In this document: piece after piece, positions 1 through 9,065 of the stretch | Layout of the letters: each line of letters starts with the position of its first letter | Position numbering within the stretch: position 1 is the stretch's first letter | Origin: Chitinophagales bacterium | GTDB taxonomy: Bacteria > Bacteroidota > Bacteroidia > Chitinophagales > JADJOU01 | Assembly (NCBI GenBank): GCA_030832185.1 | Contig: JAURJQ010000030.1 | Coordinates: 53,725-117,724, forward strand | Length of the DNA: 64,000 nt | Reading direction: 5' to 3' | Program-made: the position numbers and the translations under genes | Notes under the pieces: model-generated | Databases searched by the model: none | Told to the model about the DNA's origin: nothing | What the model saw: the letters and a program-made list of their open reading frames with translations, nothing else

Positions 1-1165
1 GGTAGAAAACGCAGTGGCCTCTTCAGGTACGGCGCTCACTATTGAGCAGCTTAAACTTATTCGACGGTTTACAGAAAATCTTCATATACTCTATGATGGG
101 GATAAAGCAGGTATTAAAGCTGCACTCCGAGGTACAGATCTCGCCTTAGAGTCAGGCCTCAATGTCAATCTTACTTTGCTAAAAGAAGGACATGATCCAG
201 ATTCTTTTGTGAGAGAATTTGGAGGAGAAGCACTGAAAGAGTATATTCAAAAACAGTCGTCTGACATCGTCACCTTCAAAGCCAAACTCTATAGGGAGGA
301 GGCAGGACAGGATCCTTTGAAGCGCGCAGAATTGACGAAGGATATCATTCATACCATTAGCCTGGTACCTGATAATATAAAACGAAGTTTCTATATCAAG
401 GAATGTGCGATTCTCATGGGTATCGAAGAGGAGCTTCTGAGCAGAGAGTCGCAGCGCGTCATCAATCAGCGTAGGAAAAAGCAGCAGATGGATTCTAGTA
501 GAAATGAGGAATTTGCAGCTGAATACACCAGCAATCTGGAAGAAATAGAGCAGAGTATAGAGCAGCTCAGTGAGTATAGTTCTAATCTAATCACAGTAGA
601 AAAAGAACTCTGTAAAATTCTCCTGGAACATGGCAATAAACCCATTGAGACCAATCAGGAATTAGATAATCCATTCTTTGATGACGTGACGGTAGTTCAA
701 TATATTTTTACTAGGTATATAGTGAATTTTGAATTTGAATCTGAAATATGTAAAAAAATATTTTACCATATCAAAGAGAATTATGAAGAGGGAAAATCCT
801 ATCCTCTCGTCCATTATCTCCATCATACAGATGCGGAAATATCTAGTTTTGCTATAGCCAATTGTCAGCAGGATGCAGAGAGTCTCATGGACTGGAATAA
901 AAATAAGAAAAATAAAAACCTGAAGATAAAGCAGTATGGAGAAAACTATCGAATAGAGGTAGACCAAATCCTACAGCAAGTGAAAATAGCTTATCTCGAA
1001 AAGCTAGGGAAGCAGATAATGACTATTACGCGACAGGCTATAGGAGAAAATCTTGAATATAATGAAGATGCTAAAAAATATCTCCTCGTGCAATTAGAGT
1101 ATTTAGAATTGTTTAAAGAACTGAGAGAAAATTCAAACTATGTTTTTAGAAAACTAATTAAATAA
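1..1165 (+). CDS. dnaG: DNA primase DnaG, C-terminal portion (5' end outside window)
   Basis: The frame is open from nt 2 (VENAVASSGTALT...), so the GTG at 14 is not the true start. TOPRIM signature LHILYDGDKAGIKAALRG is followed by a long helical C-terminal region. Confidence 0.85.
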   Translation, partial: VENAVASSGTALTIEQLKLIRRFTENLHILYDGDKAGIKAALRGTDLALESGLNVNLTLLKEGHDPDSFVREFGGEALKEYIQKQSSDIVTFKAKLYREEAGQDPLKRAELTKDIIHTISLVPDNIKRSFYIKECAILMGIEEELLSRESQRVINQRRKKQQMDSSRNEEFAAEYTSNLEEIEQSIEQLSEYSSNLITVEKELCKILLEHGNKPIETNQELDNPFFDDVTVVQYIFTRYIVNFEFESEICKKIFYHIKENYEEGKSYPLVHYLHHTDAEISSFAIANCQQDAESLMDWNKNKKNKNLKIKQYGENYRIEVDQILQQVKIAYLEKLGKQIMTITRQAIGENLEYNEDAKKYLLVQLEYLELFKELRENSNYVFRKLIK

Positions 1166-1174
1166 ATAGACAAT

Positions 1175-2422
1175 ATGGCACTAAACTACACCTGGGCATT
1201 GCTTATTATTATAGGTTTTATCGTAGCTATTGGTCAGTATTTAACGACGGGGAATGCTGAAATTTTTCAAAAAATGTTGACGGGGATTTTTGATAGTTCG
1301 AAGACGAGTTTTGAAATATGTCTTGGGCTAGCAGGTATCATGACCTTCTGGATGGGGATTATGAAAATAGGAGAGAAGGCAGGCTTATTAAATCTATTGG
1401 CTAGAGTTATGTCTCCATTTTTTAGAGCCATATATCCGAGTGTTCCAGCAGGAGATAAATCCTTAAGTTCACTGTCTATGAATTTTTCTGCTAATATGCT
1501 AGGGCTAGACAATGCCGCTACTCCACTTGGACTTCAGGCTATGCGTGATTTGCAGGAATTGAATAAAGAAAAGGAAACTGCTTCTGATGCGCAGCTCATG
1601 TTTTTGGTTTTAAATACAGCAGGCGTGACGATCATTCCTACCTCAGTGATTGCCTTACGACAGTCTATGGCTATAGAACAAGGCTTGGTTGGCTTCAACG
1701 GAGCAGACATATTTATCCCTACCTTGATGGTGACTTATTTTGGATTTTTGGTAGCGTTTTTATGCGTGGCTTGGTTTCAAAAAATCAACTTATTGCGCTG
1801 GCCGATAATAGCTATGTTTGGATTGGGTGCGATTATGATAGTTGCTCTATCCAGAATGAACGGTGCAGCTATGACAGGACTCGGTACTTCGATTGGATAT
1901 ATTGGTAGTTTCATTATTTTAGCTATGATTATGACCTTTATATTTTCCGGATTTTACAAAAAGATCAATATGTACGATGCCTTCGTCGAAGGAGGGAAAG
2001 ATGGATTTCAGTTAGTGATTTCCATAGCACCTTATTTAGTGGTAATGCTATTTGCGGTGAGTGTGTTTCGCACTTCTGGCTGCCTAGAATATCTAATGAA
2101 TGGCATACGAAATCTAGTAGCTATGACAGGATTAGATACTAGATTCGTGGAGGCATTGCCAGTGGGTCTTATGAAGCCACTCAGTGGCAGTGGTGCTCGT
2201 GGTATTTTAGTCGATGTGATGAAAGCGAATGGCGTAGAAAGTTTCGTATCCAAAGTGGCTTGCATTGTGCAAGGCGGCACGGAAACTACATTTTATATTC
2301 TAGCCGTTTATTTCGGAAGTGTAGGGATAAAAAATAGTCGCTATGCACTTTTCTGCGGTCTGGCAGCTGATTTCGCCGCCTTGATTATCGCTATATTTGT
2401 AGGTTATGCGTTTTGGGGGTAG
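1175..2422 (+). CDS. Nucleoside-recognition (Gate) domain membrane protein, SpmA/SpmB-like fusion
   Basis: 415-aa polytopic membrane protein with two Gate-like halves (NMLGLDNAATPLGLQAM; GGTETTFYILAVYFG). Confidence 0.6.
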   Translation: MALNYTWALLIIIGFIVAIGQYLTTGNAEIFQKMLTGIFDSSKTSFEICLGLAGIMTFWMGIMKIGEKAGLLNLLARVMSPFFRAIYPSVPAGDKSLSSLSMNFSANMLGLDNAATPLGLQAMRDLQELNKEKETASDAQLMFLVLNTAGVTIIPTSVIALRQSMAIEQGLVGFNGADIFIPTLMVTYFGFLVAFLCVAWFQKINLLRWPIIAMFGLGAIMIVALSRMNGAAMTGLGTSIGYIGSFIILAMIMTFIFSGFYKKINMYDAFVEGGKDGFQLVISIAPYLVVMLFAVSVFRTSGCLEYLMNGIRNLVAMTGLDTRFVEALPVGLMKPLSGSGARGILVDVMKANGVESFVSKVACIVQGGTETTFYILAVYFGSVGIKNSRYALFCGLAADFAALIIAIFVGYAFWG

Positions 2423-2423
2423 A

Positions 2424-2477
2424 GGAAGTTTTAAATTTTAAGTGTTAAGATACGAAAACTAATCATTTAAAACTTCC
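2424..2477. terminator. Perfect 13-bp inverted repeat between convergent genes (possible bidirectional terminator)
   Basis: GGAAGTTTTAAAT (2424-2436) and ATTTAAAACTTCC (2465-2477) flank a 28-nt loop. It lies between the stop at 2422 (+) and the stop at 2491 (-). The stem is AT-rich and there is no clean U-tract. Confidence 0.35.
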
Positions 2478-2490
2478 AACATAAATATTA

Positions 2491-3615
2491 TCAAAGATTC
2501 CCTCTCAGCTCCTGCTCTCTTTCGATAGATTCGAATAGCGCTTTGAAGTTTCCTTTGCCAAAAGATTTAGCACCTCGTCTCTGAATAATTTCAAAGAAAA
2601 GCGTAGGTCTATCTTCTAATGGTTTGGTAAATATCTGTAATAAATATCCCTCTTCATCTCTGTCGATGAGGATATTTAGTTTTCTAAGTGGCTCAAATTC
2701 TTCTTGAATCGAACCCACTCTGTCCAATACATCATCGTAATAGTTATCTGGAACGTATAGGAATTCAACGCCTCTATTTCTTAGCTCTGTTACGGTCTCT
2801 ATGATATTGTCCGTAGCAATGGCTATATGCTGTACGCCTGGACCTCTGTAGAAATCTAGATATTCCTCTATTTGTGATTTTTTCTTTCCATCTGCGGGTT
2901 CATTCAGTGGAAACTTAATATAGCCATTCCCATTGGTCACTACTTTTGACATTAAGGCCGTGTATTCGGTGGATATATCTTTGTCATCGAATGTAGCAAG
3001 GAGACTAAATCCCATCACTTTTTCGTAGAATCCTACCCACTCATCCATTTTACCTAGCTCTACATTGCCCACGCAGTGGTCTACATATTTTAGTCCTACA
3101 GACGTCGTCTTCATTTTGCTTTTCATCGGTTTGAACCCTGGCATAAATGTGCCGGTATAGTTCTTTCTTTCTACGAAGGTGTGAAGCGTATCGCCATAGG
3201 TCTTAATTGAGGCCGTGATGACTTCGCCGTTTTCGTCTTTAATTGACTTGGGAGGGTGAACACCCACTCCGCCTCTAGCTACAGTCTCTTCATAGCTTTT
3301 GGTGGCGTCATCTACCCACAGTGCCAGCACTTTTACACCATCTCCATGGAGTTTGCAATGCTGAGATATCTCAGAATCCGGATCCATGGAAGTAGTCAAA
3401 ACAAATCGCAATTTATTTTGTTGAAGTACGTAAGATGCTCTATCTCTTATACCGGTCTCAGGACCGGCGTAGGCTACTAGCTCAAATCCAAAAGCCGCTT
3501 GATAAAAGTAAGCAGCTTGCTTGGCATTGCCCACATAGAATTCGATATAGTCAGTACCTAAAAGAGGTAAAAAGTCTTGTGCTTGCTCAGCGTTTTTTTG
3601 AGCTGTATTGGTCAT
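2491..3615 (-). CDS. hppD: 4-hydroxyphenylpyruvate dioxygenase
   Basis: 374 aa with two VOC-fold halves. Motifs GVQHIAIATDNI and C-terminal FGKGNFKALFESIEREQELRGNL are typical of HPPD. Confidence 0.9.
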   Translation of the reverse strand: MTNTAQKNAEQAQDFLPLLGTDYIEFYVGNAKQAAYFYQAAFGFELVAYAGPETGIRDRASYVLQQNKLRFVLTTSMDPDSEISQHCKLHGDGVKVLALWVDDATKSYEETVARGGVGVHPPKSIKDENGEVITASIKTYGDTLHTFVERKNYTGTFMPGFKPMKSKMKTTSVGLKYVDHCVGNVELGKMDEWVGFYEKVMGFSLLATFDDKDISTEYTALMSKVVTNGNGYIKFPLNEPADGKKKSQIEEYLDFYRGPGVQHIAIATDNIIETVTELRNRGVEFLYVPDNYYDDVLDRVGSIQEEFEPLRKLNILIDRDEEGYLLQIFTKPLEDRPTLFFEIIQRRGAKSFGKGNFKALFESIEREQELRGNL

Positions 3616-3635
3616 ATATTTAATTTTTTAGTCAA

Positions 3636-3643
3636 CAAATTTA
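3636..3643 (-). promoter_or_regulatory. Candidate Bacteroidota -7 box (TAnnTTTG) for hppD
   Basis: Plus-strand CAAATTTA is TAAATTTG on the minus strand, 21 nt upstream of the hppD ATG (3615). Confidence 0.4.
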
Positions 3644-3737
3644 AGGGTTAATGGGCTTTTATAGGTTTAATTTTTAAATCAACAAGGTTAGTTGTCCTGA
3701 TTTCATTAAATATTAAAGGGGATAATCGAAAATCATT

Positions 3738-3745
3738 TATATTTG
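3738..3745 (+). promoter_or_regulatory. Candidate -7 box (TAnnTTTG) for the 3765 lipoprotein gene
   Basis: TATATTTG lies 19 nt upstream of the ATG at 3765. Confidence 0.4.
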
Positions 3746-3764
3746 TTTTGTTTATATTATTGTC

Positions 3765-4145
3765 ATGATAAGGTTTGTTTTAGCGTTTTATTTACTGTGT
3801 GTTATGATTTCATGCGGTAAAGAGGTAGATAAAGAGTCGCCCAAAATAGAGTTCATAACTCCCAAGGGTGAAGATACGTTTTCTGTAGGCACAGACGGTC
3901 TATTTCTGAAGTTTAAATTGAAAGATAACATTGATTTATCTCATTACAGTTTTGTCATTAAAGACGATCTTGATTTTAAATATGAGACAGGAGGGCGATT
4001 TGCTGGCGGCAAAGAATTAGAGCATAATAGTAATGTAATTTTCGGTGGCTTCGGAGGGGTGCAGAAGCTGCGGCTCTATGTCACAGTCTATGATAAAGCC
4101 TATAATACTTCTGTGGCTAGCAGGGAATTTTATGTTCAACCATAG
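3765..4145 (+). CDS. Small lipoprotein, Ig-like (possibly DUF4625-like)
   Basis: Lipobox LLCVMISCGK. The ~105-aa mature domain has beta-rich character. The family call is tentative. Confidence 0.45.
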   Translation: MIRFVLAFYLLCVMISCGKEVDKESPKIEFITPKGEDTFSVGTDGLFLKFKLKDNIDLSHYSFVIKDDLDFKYETGGRFAGGKELEHNSNVIFGGFGGVQKLRLYVTVYDKAYNTSVASREFYVQP

Positions 4146-4209
4146 TTGATATCTCCCGAGTTTAGTTAAATTTTTTAGGACTAGTTTTGCGGTGTTTAAT
4201 CAGACACCT

Positions 4210-6012
4210 ATGTATAAATTGATTTTTTGGCTCTTATTTCTTGTCATAACTGCAGGTGCATCTGCGCAGCGCGGGACGAATACGAGCGAAATGACTCCAA
4301 TGGAGCTTAAGCAACAAAGATTTGAAGACTCCATGCAGAAAAAACGCGATGAATTTGAGCGTAATTTCAGTACTACAGAATATTTCAGAAAGCTAAAGGA
4401 GATTAAGTTAAAAAATGACTCTATTCAGTTGAATGAGACCTTAGCCTATTTTGAATCGATCGAACCGTTTGCAGATACCTTTACCCACCTGACGATTCAG
4501 TCTTCTGCGCTTTCTGTTTTCCCAGGGTCAGTTCGAAAATTCAAAAATCTAAAGATCTTGACACTTCGTCGCTGCCAGTCCGTTCATTTAGAAGCTCTAT
4601 TTGAACAGCTAAAAGATTTACCCTTATTGACCGAGTTACAGATTCTTTATTCAGAGAAGACGGCATTGCCGAATAATATTTCTCTCCTGAGACGACTGAA
4701 AGTATTAGACTTAAACGGAAATAAACTCAATGAATTGCCAGAGGGACTCGCCAGAATGCCCTCGCTAGAATTTATTAATCTTCACAATAATCCCTATATC
4801 GATTTAGATAATGCCGCCAAGATTTTATCTAAACTATCCAGTCTGAAGAAAGTGAAAATTAGTGGGTGCAAATTAGTAAACCTAGGTGAAAATCTCGCTC
4901 AACTGAGTCAGATTGAAGTTTTAGACCTCAGTCATAATAGTGTAGAGGCACTTCCTACCAATTTGGGAACCATGGTCAAATTAAAAGTCATAGATTTAGC
5001 CAAGAATAGTAAACTTAACTCAAGGCAGATTTTCTCGACCCTGTCCTCTATACCAAATCTAGAAGAACTAGACCTCTCCGATTGCAATCTATCGGAATTA
5101 GGCGCAGAAATCGGCACTATGACTCGTCTTAAAAAGCTTATATTGACTAATAATCCAATCAAAAAAGTTCAGACTGAGATTGGAAATTTAACTCTACTCG
5201 AAGAATTATATCTAGGTGCAGGAATTTCCCATAAAGAAGTGAGCCCTCTAGCAGAACTTCCGACTAGTATAGGAAACTGCAAGAATCTTAGAAAATTAGA
5301 TTTGAGAATGTGTCAGCTCACCTCATTGCCCGCTTCATTTTCACAGCTAAGCAATCTGAGTTATATCGACCTCAGCTGGAATAAGTTCACAGTTTTTCCT
5401 TCTGTCTTTCGATCTATACCTTCTGTAAATTATCTAGATCTGAGTTATAATAAAATCAATGAATTTCCGAGTGACATTGGTCTTCTAGCGATGTCATTGG
5501 AAACTCTAATGCTAGAAGCTAATTTCTACGCGCCCTATACAGAAAAAATCAATAAAATACCTCCTTCTCTAGCACGATGTAAAAATCTAAAGAAACTATC
5601 TCTTAAGGACCAAGTTTATGAAATCTTGCCAGATAGATTTTGGTTTGACTTGGCTAAATTGGAAGATTTAAATTTGATGGGTGCTTTACTTCAAGAAATT
5701 CCAGAGAGTATAGAGAATCTAATAGAATTGAGATCCCTCAATATAAAATCAAATGAGATCAAACGCATAGCAGGCTCTATAGCTAAGCTTACTAAACTAG
5801 AAAACTTCAACATAAGCCACAATCCAGAAATTAATGCGACTGAATTATTGGCTAGCATTCAGGCGATGAAACAACTAAAATTTGTAGATCTCAGCTACAA
5901 TGATATTAAGAGAGAACTACTGGAGCCAATAGCCGCACAGATGCCTCAGACCAAGTTTATGAAACTGGAAACCAAGGATTCTCCAACCTATGAAAATCCT
6001 AAGAGAAGATAA
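4210..6012 (+). CDS. Secreted leucine-rich-repeat (LRR) protein
   Basis: The ATG at 4210 gives signal peptide MYKLIFWLLFLVITAGASAQ (the track's GVG-free alternative is GTG 4192). About 20 LxxLxLxxNxL repeats of 22-24 aa follow. Confidence 0.8.
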   Translation: MYKLIFWLLFLVITAGASAQRGTNTSEMTPMELKQQRFEDSMQKKRDEFERNFSTTEYFRKLKEIKLKNDSIQLNETLAYFESIEPFADTFTHLTIQSSALSVFPGSVRKFKNLKILTLRRCQSVHLEALFEQLKDLPLLTELQILYSEKTALPNNISLLRRLKVLDLNGNKLNELPEGLARMPSLEFINLHNNPYIDLDNAAKILSKLSSLKKVKISGCKLVNLGENLAQLSQIEVLDLSHNSVEALPTNLGTMVKLKVIDLAKNSKLNSRQIFSTLSSIPNLEELDLSDCNLSELGAEIGTMTRLKKLILTNNPIKKVQTEIGNLTLLEELYLGAGISHKEVSPLAELPTSIGNCKNLRKLDLRMCQLTSLPASFSQLSNLSYIDLSWNKFTVFPSVFRSIPSVNYLDLSYNKINEFPSDIGLLAMSLETLMLEANFYAPYTEKINKIPPSLARCKNLKKLSLKDQVYEILPDRFWFDLAKLEDLNLMGALLQEIPESIENLIELRSLNIKSNEIKRIAGSIAKLTKLENFNISHNPEINATELLASIQAMKQLKFVDLSYNDIKRELLEPIAAQMPQTKFMKLETKDSPTYENPKRR

Positions 6013-6032
6013 ATATAAATCATTCGATAGAA

Positions 6033-7529
6033 ATGTCCATACAAACTAAGACTATAAAAAAAGCAATTCTATCCGTTTATTATAAAGATGGATTGGATAA
6101 ATTAGTGACACTGCTTCATTCGCAGGGCGTAGAACTTTATTCCACTGGAGGCACTTATCAATTCATTACTGACTTAGGATTGCCTTGCGTGCAGATAGAT
6201 AGCCTTACAGGATTTCCTGAGATATTAGGCGGTAGAGTCAAGACGCTGCACCCATCTATATTCGGGGGTCTTCTGGCCCGCACAGAACTTGTCAGCGATA
6301 TTGATACGATGGCGGCTCATAATCTGCCATTCTTCGACCTTATGATCTGCAATCTCTATCCATTCGAGGAGTATCTAGCGAAAAATGCAGAGGAACAAGC
6401 GTTAATAGAAAAAATAGATATAGGCGGGGTGACGCTCATTCGGGCGGCCGCGAAAAATTTCAATGATGTGGTTTGTATAGCCCAGCCAAATGACTATACT
6501 AAGCTATACGATATTCTAGAAAAATCAGGAGGCTCCACGTCTAGAGGAGAGCGAAGGGCTTTTGCTGCAGCGGCATTTGAAACGGTGGCGCAGTATGATA
6601 GAGCCATAGCCAATTATTTTCTTAATGTCTCTACTATGCCCCTGAGATACGGTGAGAACCCGCATCAACGAGGTTGGTTTGAAGGAGATTTTAATCGTCT
6701 ATTTGAAAAACTCAATGGCAAGGAAGTGAGTTATAATAATATCTTAGATATAGATGCAGCCTGCAGACTGATTCAAGATTTTTCTGAGCCTACCTTCGCC
6801 ATCATGAAGCACAATAACTCCTGTGGATTGGCTACGAGAGCCAATATCACAGAAGCCTATATAGCGGCTTTGGCCTGCGATCCTAAAAGTGCCTTTGGAG
6901 GAGTACTCATATCTAATATAGAAATCGATGAGGATGCGGCCAAAGAGATCAACACCTTGTTTTTTGAAATTATTTTAGCGCCTTCATATTCGGAGGCCGC
7001 ACTAGATATTTTAAAGTCTAAGAGAAATAGAATCATACTGCGGATCAAAGAAAATCCAACCTATGAAATTAAGATACGATCGGCCCTCAATGGTAGACTT
7101 ATGCAAGAAGACGATAAAAGTATAGAGACACGAAAAGAATGGAAACTGGCTACAGAGGCTAGTCTAAACCAAGCTCAAATGTTAGACCTCGAATTTGGTA
7201 TTAAGGCAGTGAAGCATTTAAAATCAAATGGTATCGCTTTGGTGAAAAATCTGCAACTGATAGGTATGGGCTGCGGTCAGGTATCTAGAATTGATGCCTT
7301 AGAGCATGCTATACACAAAGCGACTGAATTTGGATTTGATCTTAAAGGTGCTATTATGGCAAGCGATGCCTTCTTCCCATTTGCAGACTGCGTAGAGATA
7401 GCGGACAAGGCGGGTATTACAGCTGTGGCTCAGCCGGGGGGTAGTGTGAAAGATCAGGATAGTATAGATTACTGCAATGCCCATCAAATGACCATGGTCA
7501 TGACTGGGGTACGACACTTTAATCACTAG
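6033..7529 (+). CDS. purH: Bifunctional AICAR transformylase / IMP cyclohydrolase
   Basis: 498 aa with an MGS-like N-terminus (ILSVYYKDGL...GGRVKTLHP) and the AICARFT domain (YGENPHQ; AQPGGSVKDQDSIDYCN). Confidence 0.95.
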   Translation: MSIQTKTIKKAILSVYYKDGLDKLVTLLHSQGVELYSTGGTYQFITDLGLPCVQIDSLTGFPEILGGRVKTLHPSIFGGLLARTELVSDIDTMAAHNLPFFDLMICNLYPFEEYLAKNAEEQALIEKIDIGGVTLIRAAAKNFNDVVCIAQPNDYTKLYDILEKSGGSTSRGERRAFAAAAFETVAQYDRAIANYFLNVSTMPLRYGENPHQRGWFEGDFNRLFEKLNGKEVSYNNILDIDAACRLIQDFSEPTFAIMKHNNSCGLATRANITEAYIAALACDPKSAFGGVLISNIEIDEDAAKEINTLFFEIILAPSYSEAALDILKSKRNRIILRIKENPTYEIKIRSALNGRLMQEDDKSIETRKEWKLATEASLNQAQMLDLEFGIKAVKHLKSNGIALVKNLQLIGMGCGQVSRIDALEHAIHKATEFGFDLKGAIMASDAFFPFADCVEIADKAGITAVAQPGGSVKDQDSIDYCNAHQMTMVMTGVRHFNH

Positions 7530-7620
7530 AAGAGCACATTTTCCTAAATTATTAGGGTTAAAAATCAATAAATTTAAATTTCTTTTAAATCTAATTGTAT
7601 CATTTAACCTTTTTAAAATA

Positions 7621-7628
7621 TAAATTTG
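7621..7628 (+). promoter_or_regulatory. Candidate -7 box (TAnnTTTG)
   Basis: TAAATTTG overlaps the track's TTG start (7626) and lies 15 nt upstream of the ATG at 7644. This argues for the ATG start. Confidence 0.4.
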
Positions 7629-7643
7629 CGTGTTCAATTTAAT

Positions 7644-9062
7644 ATGAATTTCAGTTATAAAAATAGTCTACTAGCCTTTCTTTTAGCTATTGTCCACTGC
7701 GGATGGTCTCAGGAGGCTAGTATAGCATTATCTCCTAATCAGATTATGATAGGAGATCACATGGAGCTAGAATTGAAGTTTAAGAACAAAGGACTTTCCA
7801 ATACCCTATTCCCTCTTATCAATGATACGAGCATGGGAAATTTCCGACTGGTAGAATTGTCAAAAATTGATACCTTTTTTAGTGGGAATGATGTGGTGGT
7901 TTCTCATAGTTATAAGATTACTTGCTTTGAAGATAGTGTACAGACATTTCCTCCATTAGTCTTTAGAAATGGCCCTATAGATATATATAGAACTAACCCT
8001 ATTCAGATTCAGGTTACTTCTCCTAATATAGATAGTGCCAAAGATATTAAGCCGATCAAAGATATCATCCTGCTGCCGTTATCGAAAGATGAAGTATACA
8101 GCTATCTCTTTGTTAGTTTCATATTACTAGGTCTCGTACTTATTTTGTATTTTATCTATATTCGATTTATCCGTAAGGAAAACTTGTTTGATAGAGAAAA
8201 ACCAACAGATCCTCCGCATGTAGAGGCGCTCACCGCACTCAAGCTAGTAGAGACCGAAAATCTATGGCAACGAGGTAATATCAAGGATTATTACGACCGT
8301 ATTTCCGATATTTTACGAGCCTATATCGAGAAGCGATTTGGCATCAAAGCCCTAGAGCAGACTAGCCATCAGCTCATGCGCAGTATGAATGAAATTCAAT
8401 TGCCAGACTATATTATTCAAGATATGGATGAGATTTTGATTAAATCAGATCTAGCTAAATTTGCTCAAGAAAAACATGAAGGGGAGATGCATTTAGCTAT
8501 TATGAAAATGGCCTACAAGTTTGTCCAATCTACCCAATTGAGTAATGATGTCAATAAGCGCACGAATGCCCTTCACGTCAAGCGTTTTTATGCACAGAAT
8601 AAATATGGATATAAAGTTATAGCTATCAACCAGGCATCATTCCGCGCCATGGTATACGGATTGATTGCTACTTTATTGGCACTTTCCGCTACTATCATTT
8701 TATCCTATAGTATACCTATCAATTACATACTTGGTCTTCTGGCCAATAGTACCTATATGTTTTTTGTATGGTATGTATTGCTAGGGGTCCTGCTCACGCT
8801 TATTGCAGTATACGCCTTGAGAGCTAAAATGCGTGCATATTGGGTGATTTTTGATTATAATTCTATTATATTGAAAGAGAAATCCTCTCAAAAATCCATT
8901 TTATTTAAGGATATCATCGAAAGCAATCTCAATAAAAAAGGACAGCTGGTCCTCACAGACAAAGCATATAATAAATACACAATTCCTGTGGATGTGGAAT
9001 ATTTTCAAGAGGTAAGGGAGCGAATAATGGATGTGTCCGATATAGAACTAAATGGTGAGTAA
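7644..9062 (+). CDS. BatD-like / DUF4381-like membrane protein with extra C-terminal TM bundle and PH-like tail
   Basis: Signal peptide MNFSYKNSLLAFLLAIVHCGWSQ, then a BatD-type Ig-like module, a TM helix, a DUF4381-like helical segment (ALTALKLVE...YYDRISDILRAYIEKRFG), further TM helices and a soluble C-terminus. Confidence 0.5.
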   Translation: MNFSYKNSLLAFLLAIVHCGWSQEASIALSPNQIMIGDHMELELKFKNKGLSNTLFPLINDTSMGNFRLVELSKIDTFFSGNDVVVSHSYKITCFEDSVQTFPPLVFRNGPIDIYRTNPIQIQVTSPNIDSAKDIKPIKDIILLPLSKDEVYSYLFVSFILLGLVLILYFIYIRFIRKENLFDREKPTDPPHVEALTALKLVETENLWQRGNIKDYYDRISDILRAYIEKRFGIKALEQTSHQLMRSMNEIQLPDYIIQDMDEILIKSDLAKFAQEKHEGEMHLAIMKMAYKFVQSTQLSNDVNKRTNALHVKRFYAQNKYGYKVIAINQASFRAMVYGLIATLLALSATIILSYSIPINYILGLLANSTYMFFVWYVLLGVLLTLIAVYALRAKMRAYWVIFDYNSIILKEKSSQKSILFKDIIESNLNKKGQLVLTDKAYNKYTIPVDVEYFQEVRERIMDVSDIELNGE

Positions 9063-9065
9063 GCT

